Source: Octopus sinensis (Eukaryota). Taken from it: 64,000 bases of DNA. The translations under genes and the position numbers were made by a program. How positions within the stretch are numbered: the stretch's first letter is position 1; each line of letters starts with the position of its first letter. The stretch is taken from positions 26,908,001 through 26,972,000 of the forward strand of contig NC_043007.1 of assembly GCF_006345805.1 (NCBI RefSeq), written 5' to 3'. Below, in pieces: positions 37,561 to 50,319 of this stretch. The notes beneath the pieces are model-generated. The model saw only the letters and a list, made by a program, of their open reading frames with translations. It was not told the DNA's origin and made no database searches.

Positions 37561-37691
37561 ATATATACAAATATTTTTTCTCTCCTTGTTTTTTCTGTGT
37601 CCCTTTCTGTCTTTTACGTTTCGAGCCTACGGTCTTCTACAGAAAGGGACACAGGAAAAAAAACAAGGAGAGAAAAAAATATTTGTATATA
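37561..37691 (-). mobile_element. Fold-back Penelope-like terminal fragment: ~50-bp inverted arms around an HHR-like core
   Basis: 37561-37610 is the reverse complement of ~37640-37691; the centre reads (- strand) CTGTAGAAGACCGTAGGCTCGAAACGTA. Confidence 0.65.
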
Positions 37692-37890
37692 TGCTAACGA
37701 TCTATCATGGCGACTATATATATATATATATATATATAAAATAATAACTGATGAGCTGTCGGAGCAGACTTCAGACCCTGTATCCGAAACTCTGAGTTTT
37801 ATTACGACAACCAACTAATTGTCACACACACACACACACACACACTCACACGCACTTATATATATATATATGTACAAAGTTTAACGATAT

Positions 37891-37965
37891 GTAGGTATGT
37901 GGTACTTCGTTATTCAAATATGATACAGTATGTTATGTTTGCATAACGAAGTATCACGTACCTAC
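37891..37965 (+). other. Long RNA-type hairpin (~34 bp stem with G-U pairs, 5-nt loop)
   Basis: GTAGGTATGTGGTACTTCGTTAT pairs with ATAACGAAGTATCACGTACCTAC using two G-U pairs; the stem continues through CAAATA/TGTTTG. Confidence 0.7.
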
Positions 37966-38073
37966 AAATTATTAATGTTTCCATACCAGCCCCAGGAATG
38001 CATCTAATATGTAAATTGGTATATCCAATAACTTAACACCGCTGTATGCGGTGGCTAATATGTTCGGAGGATG

Positions 38074-38143
38074 AATGGGTTAGATGGGTGCTGATGAAGG
38101 GACAACAAACCCCGAAATATGGCGTATACATTCATTGCCCATT
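38074..38143 (+). ncRNA. Type I hammerhead ribozyme with canonical CUGAUGA core
   Basis: Stem I ATGGGTG/CATTCAT plus distal AATGGG/CCCATT; CTGATGA-A; stem II GGG..CCC; GAAA; short stem III; AUA site with cleavage after 38128. Confidence 0.72.
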
Positions 38144-39696
38144 TTTTTCTTCGATCACATTGTTTGTTTACATCTGACGTCTCGATAGGAAACGTTTTCT
38201 ATAATTTCTATTGAATATCTGTAGAATCAACCTTGACAAAATATACAAACATGTATTTATACTTAATGAAGCTGTACTAAGCAGATCTAAATGAAATATA
38301 GTTATGTACAGTCTTACTTAATATGTTCGTGTACATTCGGACATGGAAAGACAATACGATGCACAAAGTGTCTCCGGAGAAGAAACACAACTTTGAAACA
38401 GTATGGCTGTAAAAGTAAAAACTGCAAAAACATAAAAAAAGATGTCGGTAAAATGAGTAACTATCGATAAGAAATATTGGGGCAAATCTAACTGTATATA
38501 GTATAGAACACTGAAACATACTGACGTCTAAAATACGTTGAAACCTAAAGAAAAGACTAAATAATATCCATCTAAGTTTTATTAAGATGTCGTTTAAATA
38601 TTTACTGAATTAAAATACAATATTTTGAAGAGAAACATACGCAGAGTAAGATAAACAAACAAAACTTTTAAATAAATAAATAAACAATAATACACAGTTA
38701 AAGCAATATAAAATACAAACAGAACGAATCATAATATTTCAAATTTAGAATTTTTTCGATTATATATAAATAATTTTCTGTTGTCCACGATGGTTAATTG
38801 TTTTCTTCCAGGATTAGTAAAAATAGTTTCATATTTTGATCTGATTGTATGGAGAAATTCTAGATAGTTGAGTTGAAATGGTTTCTAGTATTTTGGGGGT
38901 GTTATTCGCTGTAATATACTGTGAAGTCGTGTGACCTGGTGGATAGCGCTTTTCACTGACGATCACTCATAGGTCTGAGACGAGATGGCCCCTCGTTCTG
39001 GGAGAATGTTGTGATCTGGGGCACTCTCACGACATGAAAATGCGGGTAACGGGTCCTAAAAGTTTAAGGACTCGTGACAGAACCTTTTCAATAATATACT
39101 ATATGGAGTTTCCTAGCAGAGTATTAGTACGAGGAAGATAATCGTTACTTCATAATATTTCGAAGAATTGATGATTTTTAAACATTCCTCTCATCATAAA
39201 CCCAAGAAAATGATTATTGTAAATATTATACGGGGTGACAGCTCTAAGCAGGGATGTGCATAAATACAGTTTCGCTAGAAATGAGTTGGAATATGCCTCA
39301 GGTATATTTGAAGTGGTAACGCGTTTGTAAACATTATATTGTTAGAAACGCCAAAAGTTAATACAGAATATTTGAAGCCTGAACGAAAATGCATCGCCAT
39401 ATTTAATTAAATTATTTCATGTTCAGAGCTCACGGTTTGAGGAAGTGTTTTTGATTTTTGAAATTCTGAAATCGGCAAAATAAATATCCTTCAAGATATA
39501 ATCGACTGCTTCCCTCCGACCGTACCTCAGGGTGGTAACTCTTGTTTATAGGCCCTGTGGTCTTCGTATTGCGGTTGCGAAGAATTTCGAGGAACTCACA
39601 GTTTCTTAATGTTATTATTAAACAAGGCAAGAAGATTTAGTGTTAGCTTTCTAGAAATTGAAAATGTTAACATTTCCAAATATTTCTCACACTTAC

Positions 39697-39767
39697 TGCA
39701 GGTATAGACACATCTCTTCGTCGCTTTCCTTTGCAAGCTGTCATAATACCTTGGCATGTCATCAATG
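39697..39767 (-). CDS. iGluR-like gene 1, putative exon 1 (ATG at 39757)
   Basis: Branch-like TTCTAAT plus polypyrimidine tract and CAG acceptor; perfect |GTAAGT donor; MPRYYDSLQRKATKRCVYTC joins exon 2 in phase 1 to give a basic-then-hydrophobic signal-peptide-like N-terminus. Confidence 0.45.
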
Positions 39768-40232
39768 CTGTTGACAGTTGAAGGAGGTGAAGTGGAAAGA
39801 GGCCATTAGAAGGTGTTGAGATCGATGTTGAAGCGACATCAGTTTCTCTCAGGTATCTCGCTCACCAAGAATATATTTCCATCTGCGATAAAATATGCAT
39901 GGACGTAGAAGATTCCATACGTAAGCCGAACATACACATGACTGCTTCTGTTACAAACACGTGCCAACAACGAAACGTCTACTTTGTCGAATCGAATGAC
40001 ATGTTACAGATAACGAACTATTTTCTTTAAATCACATCAAATACTGTTTAAACAATATAGATTACTGTCGCATGAGATCAAACTTCAATTATGTACAACT
40101 GAAAAAATAACGTATTAAAAATGTTCATAATTAAGACATCTTCAAGGTTAACAACGCTGCATTCGCTTCGTTTTATATTTTAAATATCATCGAATGTAGA
40201 GAACTGGATGTCTTGCATGGCTGGTTTTGTCT

Positions 40233-40315
<83 letters not shown>

Positions 40316-40350
40316 ACATACACTTGTGCATAGATACATGTATGATAGTA

Positions 40351-40755
40351 CGACGGTGTAGGGGAAATTTCTTTGCTTTGGGTAAAAAAACAAAGTAGGA
40401 TCAATTAATTATGATTTTATCCAGCGTATTCCCCTTTCAGGTTCACACACTTATTGCAGCGGTCCTTCAGTTTTTCCATACCCTGTAAAAGAACTCGGAT
40501 GGTTGGTCCTCCAATCAGCCCAGTCGCGATCCCCTTAGAAGCTAGGAAGTTTTCAATACTCCCTTGTGTGTGTATATATATATATATATATAAGATCAGT
40601 TATGATTTTATTCAACATGTTCCCTTCTCAGATTGAATACACTTAATGCAGCGGTCCTTCTGTTTTTCTAAGATCTGTAAAACCACAAGGAAATTTGGGC
40701 CTTCAGCCAGGACTTTCTCGACACCCTTAAAGTCAAGAACCTTTCAGCAACCCTT
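40351..40755 (-). mobile_element. Two adjacent degenerate mariner-derived MITEs (40351-40566, ~40591-40755)
   Basis: Retained transposase C-terminus QGMEKLKDRCNKCVNLKGEY; degenerate TIRs; TA flanks. Confidence 0.7.
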
Positions 40756-41968
40756 CCAGTCCAGTTAGTTGCAAATGGGTAACACATTCACAGACAGGTG
40801 TTCAGTTCGGTGGGGGTTTTGGTCAATGTTAGTCTGACCGTTGAGGCAGCGGGAGTCGTTAACGAAAAGCTACAACAATGCGAAGAACTGCATTTCTGAC
40901 CAGCGGTGTATTACAGCATCCCAGGATTTGATGGACGTAATGATTAATACATACATACATACATACATACATGCATATATATTCGCAAGTAGATATAGGA
41001 ATTAAATGCTAACCAGTATGTTAATAACTTAATTCCGCGCTGTTTCATATACATGCACAGTGTGTACATACGTATATGTATGTATATATATATATATATA
41101 TAGATGTGTGTGTGTGTGTGTGTTTGTGTGCGTATCCACGTTCATAGCTATACATGTGTGTATTTATGCGTACATATAACATGTCAAAACCAGCGTTTAA
41201 TAAAATTTAATCGAGATTCTCTTCATATTAAATTTATTTTGCACTTTGATACTTGACGATTTAATTTAGTTCCAGTGCCATATGCTGCATGACAAGTAAA
41301 TGGATCTTCGTCGGTTTCGACGACCACTATTTAAATCCTTGGATCAAGTGGTTCATTTGCTCATTGGATTAGCGTCTAACTGACTGAGGATTCCAAAGAC
41401 ATTTCATCTAACCTGAATGGAAATCGAAGAAGGAATCAATATGATTCCGTTTCAGCCAAGACTCGACCTTTTAACTATATTTTTTATAAGTCTTATCTTT
41501 TATTCGCTTTGTTCATTTAATGGCGGCTCAGCTGGAGCATCATCAGGAAGTGTTTAGTCGACCAAATCGATTCCGGTACTTTAAACTGTGGTACTTGTAC
41601 TATCGCTCATTTTTTTCTCCAACCATTTCACTACCTTAAGAAAATCTCCTAGACATCTCTTATGATAGTGAAATAGTTAGGTATGTGGTGAAGCAAATTT
41701 TTGCTGAACCATAGTTATACTTATACTCATAATTATAGAATTTTTGTATAAGTCTACAAACAATGGTTCTTTTAACATACCGAACTACTCGGTAAAATTA
41801 TTAATTATTAATTAATTAATTAATTAATTAGTCTTACCCTTTATTATTATGAATATATATATATATATGTATAAAATACAATACAATGTGATTGTAGGTC
41901 ATAACAACCGGGTAATGCAGTGGTGGATTACTAGTATACATACAGACATATATATATATATATATATC

Positions 41969-42332
41969 CTAGCAGTATCGCCCGGCGTTGCTCAGGTTTG
42001 TAAGGGAAATAACTATAAAGCATTTTTAGAGAGTTATAGCCAAAAAATAGCAAAAAGATGGAAAAAAATGATGGTAAATTTTTTTTTAGTTAAAAAAGGT
42101 GGAGTTGCATCCCCTAGACAGTTTGCGGTTTGTGTTTCTGATTGTCGACCCCATGTCGAATTTATCAATTTTTTTCAGAACTGGGGGAACTTTTCAAAAT
42201 TTTCGCTGCGTTAGTTTTGAATTATGACATTGGGCTATGTGTGTGTCAAGTTTCATCAGAATCGGTTGAAAGCCGTGGTCAGGGTGAGGGTACAGAAAAC
42301 AGACACACAGAAACACGCACAGACAAACTGCC

Positions 42333-42390
<58 letters not shown>
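41969..42390 (-). mobile_element. Non-autonomous Helitron-like element
   Basis: Minus-strand 3' end CCTGAGCAACGCCGGG..CTAG (hairpin plus CTAG); 5' end in (TA)n followed by GTTTGTCTG..CAACCGATTCTGATGAAACTTGACAC. Confidence 0.65.
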
Positions 42391-42396
<6 letters not shown>

Positions 42397-42764
42397 TGGC
42401 AAAAAGAAAATGGAGTGAATCCAGACGTATTATTCATTAGTTGTTAGACATCCTCTGAACTGTTTAAAATAAATAGAAATAAAATAATATAATATCTAAC
42501 AAATGATGAACAATACCACTGGATTCCCTCCATTATCTTCTTGCCATATAAATATATAAATTAAGAGTATCGGGTTTTCTCCTTCCTTTGGATAACATTA
42601 GTAGCATAGAGAAGAGAGGTCGATATGCGTGGGAGACTGCTGGCCTTCCATAAACAACTTTGCCCGCATTTGTACCTTGGAGGGGAAGTTTGAAAGTGCA
42701 ATCCAATGGTCATTCTTGACAAAATGGGGTCTTTACCATGTATGTATGTATGTATGTATGTATG

Positions 42765-42795
<31 letters not shown>

Positions 42796-43934
42796 TGTAA
42801 GTATGTATGTATGTAAGTATGTATGTATGTATGTATGTATGCATGCATGCATGTATGTATGTGTGTGTATGTATGTGTATGTATGTATGTATGTATGTAT
42901 GTGTGTATGTATGTATGTATGCATGCATGCATGTATGTATGTATGTATGCATGTATGTATGTATGTATGCATGCATGTATGTATGTATTTATGTATGTAT
43001 ACAGACACGATGAGCTTCTATACAGTTTCCTACTAGCAAATTAGCTAACAAGACATTAGTCGAGCTGGGGATACATAGTAAAATAGTAAAAGGCATTCAA
43101 GGATCCCGAGCAGCGATACCGAACCCGTAAGCACGTAGTTGCAAAACGGGCTTCTTAACATCTTCAGCCACATCCTGAGTCTAATATCTGATGAAATTTC
43201 TTGGAGATGATGCTTCCAGAAAAATAATGGAGTTAGTTATCACTGAGAACAACTGATACATTAAAAGCTGATGAAGAATATGTTGATTGCGACTGATATA
43301 AACGAGTGCCAAATTCGAAGAAGAGAAAGAGAAATTATCAAGGGAATAAAAGAAGAAAATATTAACAGCTAAACGAAGAAATACAGAGATATGAAGAATG
43401 CATTTGATATGTGATAGACAATTATGATTCCGAACAAAAGAAGAAAAGAAGAAAATTCTTCAAGGCAGCTGCTCACAATCTTAAAGTTTGATATTTGCGT
43501 GTTTTTGTAAATTTTTAAATGTCATCTTTTATTTATTTTTTGATTTGTTTTTACATAAATGAATTATTACAAATAAAAAAAAAAACATTTTCGATTTAGT
43601 TACTATTTGTTTATTTATATGATAATAGCTAAACATTATTTAAGTTTTTGTCATTTACTTGTCTCAGTTTAGTGGACTGCGACCAGGCTGGGGCACCACC
43701 TTGAAAAGGTTTTAGGTGAATGAATCGATGTCCAGTACTCACATTTTTATTTTTAAATCTGGCACATATTTTGTCGATTTCTTTGGTCAAACAACTGGTT
43801 TACGGGGACATAAACAAACTAACACTGGTTGCTAAGCAGTGAGATGGAGTACAAACACAAAAATCATGCACGCACACACATTATACATACATACAGACAT
43901 ATATACATATATATACATACATATATAAATATAC

Positions 43935-44003
<69 letters not shown>

Positions 44004-44330
44004 AATTTATATATATATATGTACATACATACACATTTCGTATATTGTATATGACAGACGTCTATCATTGTGCTCATAAATGCTCCTGACCCACTTGTTG
44101 CTGGCTAGCGTATATCATTTTCCACTACCAAATTAACTGTATGAGATGGTTAGGTATGCGGTGTTCCGTGTATCGTAGGATAAGTATAATAATAAAGAGA
44201 AATAGTTCACTGATGGAAATTTTGTATATTCATTAATGCCTAGCTACATATGTTTCGCCATATTAATAAGATATTTCTAAATATTATTCCATTGGCCTTA
44301 TTGGACATATATATATATATATATATATAT

Positions 44331-44700
44331 AACCTTGAACATTTCTAACCTTGAACTCTCAACCTTGAACTTGTTCGCATAAACTGTCCTGTTTGTTGTA
44401 TTTTTATTTTCTCATATATTACCACTTTCTTACATTCATTTCATGCTTTCCACAGTTTCCTGCATTGATCTTTGACTTCTGGCCGAAATCAGATCGCCAT
44501 GTTGGTTCGTTAGTTACTGCACGCATTTTTTTCTCTCATTTCTGTGTTTTTTTCTCTCTGTGTATCTTTCTGTTGAAGAGCGTAGGCTCGAAACGTTAAA
44601 GACTTGTTTTATTTATATTTCCTGAGCGCCATACTAATACAATTGTTTGTTTGTTTTCCACCTGCCTTCGTCTTTTGTCTATTTTCATAAAGCTTCCCGT
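44331..44700 (+). mobile_element. Longer Penelope-like terminal fragment with HHR-like motif at 44565-44602
   Basis: TCTTT CTGTTGAA GAGC GTAG GCTC GAAA CG TT AAAGA; downstream sequence matches the reverse complement of 8110-8200. Confidence 0.62.
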
Positions 44701-44875
44701 TATATATATATATACTTTATTTAAAGCAGCAGAAAATTCAACAAAACTTGTTACTCTGAGTTTCCCGTAACAGGTTTTGTTGATTTTTCAGCGGCTTTAA
44801 ATAAAGCATATTACTCTACCACTGGTATTTGAGTACTCTTTTATCCACCTTGTTTCACATTTATGTGTTTACTCC

Positions 44876-44912
<37 letters not shown>

Positions 44913-44928
44913 ATAAATAAATTCTCCC

Positions 44929-45169
44929 TTTTAAAGCCTGGCCAGGTTCATGGGCCCGATTTCCCGGTTTCCATGGTGTATGTGTTCCACAGCTGGACGG
45001 GGCGCCCGTCCATCGCAGTGTTACTCATTTTTGCCAGCTGAGTGAACTGGAGAAATGTGAAATGAAGTGTTTTGCTCAAGAACACAAGGCGTCACCCGAT
45101 CCAAGAATCGAAACCACAATCTTACGATCATGGTGCTGACACCATAACCAATAAGCCACGCGCCTCCAC
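44929..45169 (-). mobile_element. tRNA-headed CORE-type SINE with tail X
   Basis: Head GGAGGCGCGTGGCTTATTGG..GGTTTCGATTC; CORE-like GTGTTCTTGAGCAAAACACTT..CACTCAGCTG; tail GCGATGGAC..GAAACCGGGAAA..GGGCCCATGA shared with the 60845 and 61987 copies. Confidence 0.8.
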
Positions 45170-45389
45170 ACTCACACATATACACATATGTATGTATGCA
45201 TGTATATATATGCATGTATATAAAGTAGTTGTATGCTGTCAACTGAATGTGACAGTCCCATGCCAGGGAATAATACTACTGCTATTTAGCCCTAGGAAGC
45301 AACACCGCTTCCTTTCGGCCTTCACACATTACCTGTGTCCTCATATTTACAAGGGGGAGATAAGTACCTCCACCCAGCGAAGCCAGCAG

Positions 45390-45430
45390 CCAGAGACTAG
45401 TTTCTGAGTTATTGCCCTTCTTCAGTCTAG
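45390..45430 (-). ncRNA. Type I hammerhead motif, stem II damaged
   Basis: CTAGA CTGAAGA AGGG CAATAA CTCA GAAA CTAG TC TCTGG; palindromic stem III ACTAGT; GUC site. Confidence 0.55.
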
Positions 45431-45969
45431 AGTAGTATGGCTTGCTTGTTGGAGAATGTCATCATGTACATTGTTTTGTCTTGGTATAAAATGAAGGGCT
45501 ACAGCAAATATTCTGTTCAATACCACAGATTTGATTCTCACTTGTTTGACCTTAACCAGTTGAGCATGTCCCTTAGTGGCTGACGATATGCGCATCTCTG
45601 ATCACGAGCAGAAGTAGTGGGGGAGTATCGTAGCCATGTGTTGAGAGGGATTCTTTGGCGTTTGAATAATTCACCTCTTGTAACATGGTTGTTTTGTTCA
45701 TTTTCCTTTAACTAGCCTTATTCAGAGACCTTTTGAAAAGTCTGAGCTACTCAACCTGAAGAAAATTCTAACTGGGCCCCACCAGCAAGGTCATGCGGTA
45801 TTTGTCTTAATATAAAATCACCATGTCGCGCACATATGGTTGTGATGCATGTGCTTGGAGTATCCTTTTCAGACGGTTATAAATGATAGGTGTACTGGGC
45901 TTCGTATATTTTACCCTGTGTCACTTTGTTGTCGTGCGAATGCTGACTCACTCAATAATAATAATAATG

Positions 45970-46024
<55 letters not shown>

Positions 46025-46025
<1 letters not shown>

Positions 46026-46210
46026 GGTTTCAAATTTTCGGCACAAGGCCAGCAATTTCGAGGGAGTGGTTAAGTAGATTTCATCGATTTCAGTAATTAA
46101 TTAACATTTATTTTTATTGATCCCGAATGGACGAAAAGCAAATTTTGAACTCAGAACGTAAAAACGAACAAAATGCCGTTAAGCATTTTGACCGACATAC
46201 AACGACTCTT
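46025..46210 (-). mobile_element. Meta-core SINE, GCTGGCCTTGTG-type tail, ending in (ATT)n
   Basis: Reverse complement: AATGCTTAACGGC..CGTTCTGAGTTCAAA..GAAATTGCTGGCCTTGTGCCGAAAATTTGAAACC. Confidence 0.68.
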
Positions 46211-46569
46211 AACAACAACGTCAACAACAACAAGAAACGCTACAACAATAACAATAACAATGATGAGAGCAACAAGCTACAACATAACAACCATTGTTTT
46301 GACACCAGAATATCTAGTAAAACTATTAGACATTAAAAAATTTGCTAAAAATTACTAAAAAAATCTATTTTCTCTGTTTAGGAACAATTCTAATCGCGGA
46401 CCAGCGGTTTGAAGAGGCAAAAAAAAAATTGGAAAATTTTGAAAAAAAAAAACTAAGATAAATATGTGATTAGAAAATGTGATGTTTAAGCTTTGGCAAG
46501 TCACTCCACTACACTGCATGGCGAAAACCAGAACAAAGTGAATAGGTTTGGAAATCAATATAGGAGAAT

Positions 46570-46900
46570 TGCTACTCTGGCTGAGAAGCGCAGGACTCAA
46601 AGGTGAGATTCAAAGAGTTTTGTTTGTGGAGCATGATCAAAGGTTTGCCCTTAGAAAATGTAATGAAGCAGAAAACATTCCATAACTACAAAATATGAAT
46701 GAGGGAGAGGGGAAGAAGCAATTAATTCCATTGTTTCTAGCTGCGCCGTCTAATTAAGAAAGACTATATCTGCAGACACGGTACAATTGGGAGTCATTCA
46801 TAAATTGGAAATTATGTCAGCGTAAACCAAATTCCGATGAAAGCAAGGTTATATAAACATGTAGGAGAAAATTTCTCATAGAATAACAAAATGACCATAA
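46570..46900 (+). mobile_element. Old R4/Dong-type LINE fragment (post-RT Zn-knuckle region)
   Basis: LWLRSAGLKGE..DQ; DYICRH..IHKLEIMS / HWKLC-like; YKH..EN..T motifs. Confidence 0.65.
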
Positions 46901-47149
46901 ACTGTATTATAACTATACACACACACAAACAGAGAGGATGTCCAGTATGAATGACTGAGCTGAACAAAATGATATAGTTGTAATGAGAGTCGAAGGTATA
47001 GTAAAAGAGAAGGGAAGAACAGTCTGTTCTTCTGCATAGAAGTAGAGAAAAACACTCAGCTTAAAGAGGTAATAAAGGAATGCGTATTTACGAGTTTTCA
47101 TGGAGACCAAAAGCAGCAGAAAAAAGTAGAAATCGATTCTTGATGGGGA

Positions 47150-47640
47150 GAAACACCATTCTGGGTTTTACAAGAAGTTAGAAAAAGACAAGGGATAAAA
47201 AGACAGTTGGCAATGGCTAAATAAATGACGATCCATCTGTGTATTACTGTTGTAGACAAAATCTTTTACGGACGTGCTGTGTTAAAAACACAATAAATAT
47301 CAAAGGCTGGAGAAAATCCGTCCCAGCAGCTACCAGCAAGAACGCAAGACGTGGTTTATCTTTTTGTGCCCTTTTCAATGCCGCATACTCGCAGCGATTA
47401 AATGCTTTGTTAACTGTTTCCGATAGCAAAGACTACAGGTACGAAAAATGTAGTAGTTATCATAAAATTCTTGAAATAATTACCTGGAGTTTTCGCAAGA
47501 AATTTGGTTTGGAACGTACAAAAGAAATGAAGCTTTAAACATTTTGTAGACATTAGAATACAAGTCCTCGGCAAAAGAATATCACACAACATTGTGAATA
47601 TTGTAGTCGAATATAAGAATAATGCTGCGCTGTAAACCAC
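47150..47640 (+). mobile_element. Very old R4/Dong-type LINE fragment
   Basis: HSGFYKK..DK..SWQWL; QNLLRT..K..I; decayed downstream motifs. Confidence 0.45.
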
Positions 47641-49290
47641 GCTGTATGTCAATTAATTACCAGAGTAAAAACAAAGGGGAGAAAATACGTTGATTATTTT
47701 GCGGGGGATTCAAAACACAGAGGTCATAAGCAAACCAGCATAGTTTTAGGTGATCGGTCTGTTAAGGGACCAATTAGAGTGAAGCGACCCCAGTAATGAC
47801 TGGCACCCAATTTTATCGCGCTAGAAAAATCGAAAGGCAAAATTTACTTTGGTCGTGTTTGAACTCTGAACGTAATCAACTTGATGAAATGCCGCTAAGC
47901 AGTTTGTTCGACGCGCTAACTATCCCAGTTCTCTATTGTCTTCAAAAACATTCACCAGTTGGCGCCATAGTCAACAATGTACAGAGACGAGCTTTAACCG
48001 TTTCACAACAGGAATTATATTTCGACAACAGTAGATGGATACAATTATAGTTGGTCCTGGCCGGATTTGAACTCAGAACGTAAAGAAAAAAAAAATTGGA
48101 GAAAGGCCACAAAGTCGTTTTTCCGACGTTTTAACTATTGTACCAAGTAAATTATTGAAAAGCAGACAAATTTCTTTTTCACTAGTTTATATTTTTTCTC
48201 TCGGTGTACATGAATAAAGTGATATTTAATATACGAGGTAAATATTATGATAATTGAGTTATTACCAAGTATCTAGTTACACCTAACTAAATAATGCATT
48301 CCACGTAATTTAGAACTAGACGTACACTAACTATAAAATAACGTGTATTAATTTATGTATATATCCATTTTGATGTGTTTTGCTTGACAAATTGGCGGTT
48401 TTGGAATCTAAGGAAAATTAATAATTGTTTTTAATAATATTTAATTAGATATTTGATGTTTAATGCTTGTGATTAAATAAATATAATTTCTAGAATATCA
48501 GATGATATATCGACGCATAATGTTTATCTGTTTTTCCATCTATTCGTTTATAAATTATGGATAGGATACGTAGATTACAGAGAATACAAACGAAGTGAAT
48601 AATTATGAGTATATCGGAAGTTTGGAACGGTTAAAGAAAACTTGAATCCCAAGAATGCGGTTACTGAAGTATTTATTATTTTCCGATAATCATCCGTTTT
48701 ACTCTTAAGATTCGTGTTGTTTAAATGCAGGTTTAGAAGATCGCAATTTTAAAGGCGTTTCGGGTTGTGCCACATTTTCCTTCTTATAGCATGTTTAGGA
48801 CAAAGCTTTCTAATGCATCGTCCTTGTATTTGCAAAGTTGGCAAGCTACAGCTTTAGGTATTATCAGTTTTTACTTGTATCGCTGAGACAATAGGTATTA
48901 ACCACCTTACATAATCGTAGACCAGCTTTAAATATGAAATAATTTAGTCACAATATCTTCAGATAATATGTAACAAGTCTCAGGGCAGAGACATATACAA
49001 AAACCCTCATCTCCTCTACGATTTCCCTTTTACGCTAATAAAAATTATCAAAAATACTCATTCGTATATGTACATTATAGGCGGAAAAGAGTAAAAGAGA
49101 ATATAAATCTGTATTTCTCGACGCTCTCCATATTCTTTTCTGCTCTAAGGACAAGGCCCGAAATTTTTGTAGAGGGGGGGCAGTCGATTAGATGTACACC
49201 AGTATGCAACTGGTTCTTAATTTATCGACCACGAAAGGCAAATGCGACATCTATCTTGTAACATCTTGTAACATCTATCAATCCGCCTGC

Positions 49291-49361
<71 letters not shown>

Positions 49362-49423
49362 CATTTATACATACATATGCATATAAACTTATGTATGAAT
49401 ATATATATATACATATATCTGTC

Positions 49424-49506
<83 letters not shown>

Positions 49507-49749
49507 CGTGAGTTATATTTGCCAACTAAATGTGGCTAACCCCTAAGGGTCGATGCTACTGTAGCTTGTAGCCCCATGAAGACATCTCCTCTAGCTGGCT
49601 ATTGACACACTATCTGTGTCCTATCAGTATTGCAAAGGGAAGTCATCTTTCCCATCTCTAGCCTCACACGATACACACGGACCCTCGCTCAGATTTTGTT
49701 ATTGCTTATATTATATATATAATGTATGTAAATGTCCCCCCCCCCATAT

Positions 49750-49786
<37 letters not shown>

Positions 49787-50319
49787 CATGTGGACAGGCA
49801 CGTAAATGGACACAATACATAACTTATCTCACTTTCCGGTCATCACCGCATTCCTCACATTTCCAAAACATCTTGACATATTTCTATATTCTATTAATAT
49901 TTCTTCCAACAAGAAAGCCAATTCATGAGTTAAACACACACGCTCACATATATAAATGCATTTAGTGACTACCATGGTTGGAACGAGGTCAGGGACAATA
50001 TTTGAACGTATTGTAAGTACATTCTGTGCAATTATATTATCGATCTTTGTGCTACCAATCACATATTTAAAAAAAAATATGGCGTCTATTTCGTGTAAGC
50101 TCTGTGTTACATAAATATCTTTCTATACATTAGCTTATTTCTTCTGTCTGTCTATTCATTAGAAATGCAACAATCAGCCTCTCCGTTGGCTATAGTGGAG
50201 AGAAATAAAACAGAGCAAGACGTAGATTCATAAAGATACGCAGATTTATAAACGTACACCGCAGGTACACCTAGGCATATCATACGTAAATAGAATATGG
50301 GTGATGCAAACCTACCTGC

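Noticed and set aside
38956-38990. CTGACGA...GAGAC possible hammerhead
   Set aside because: GAAA is mutated and stems I-III cannot be formed convincingly.
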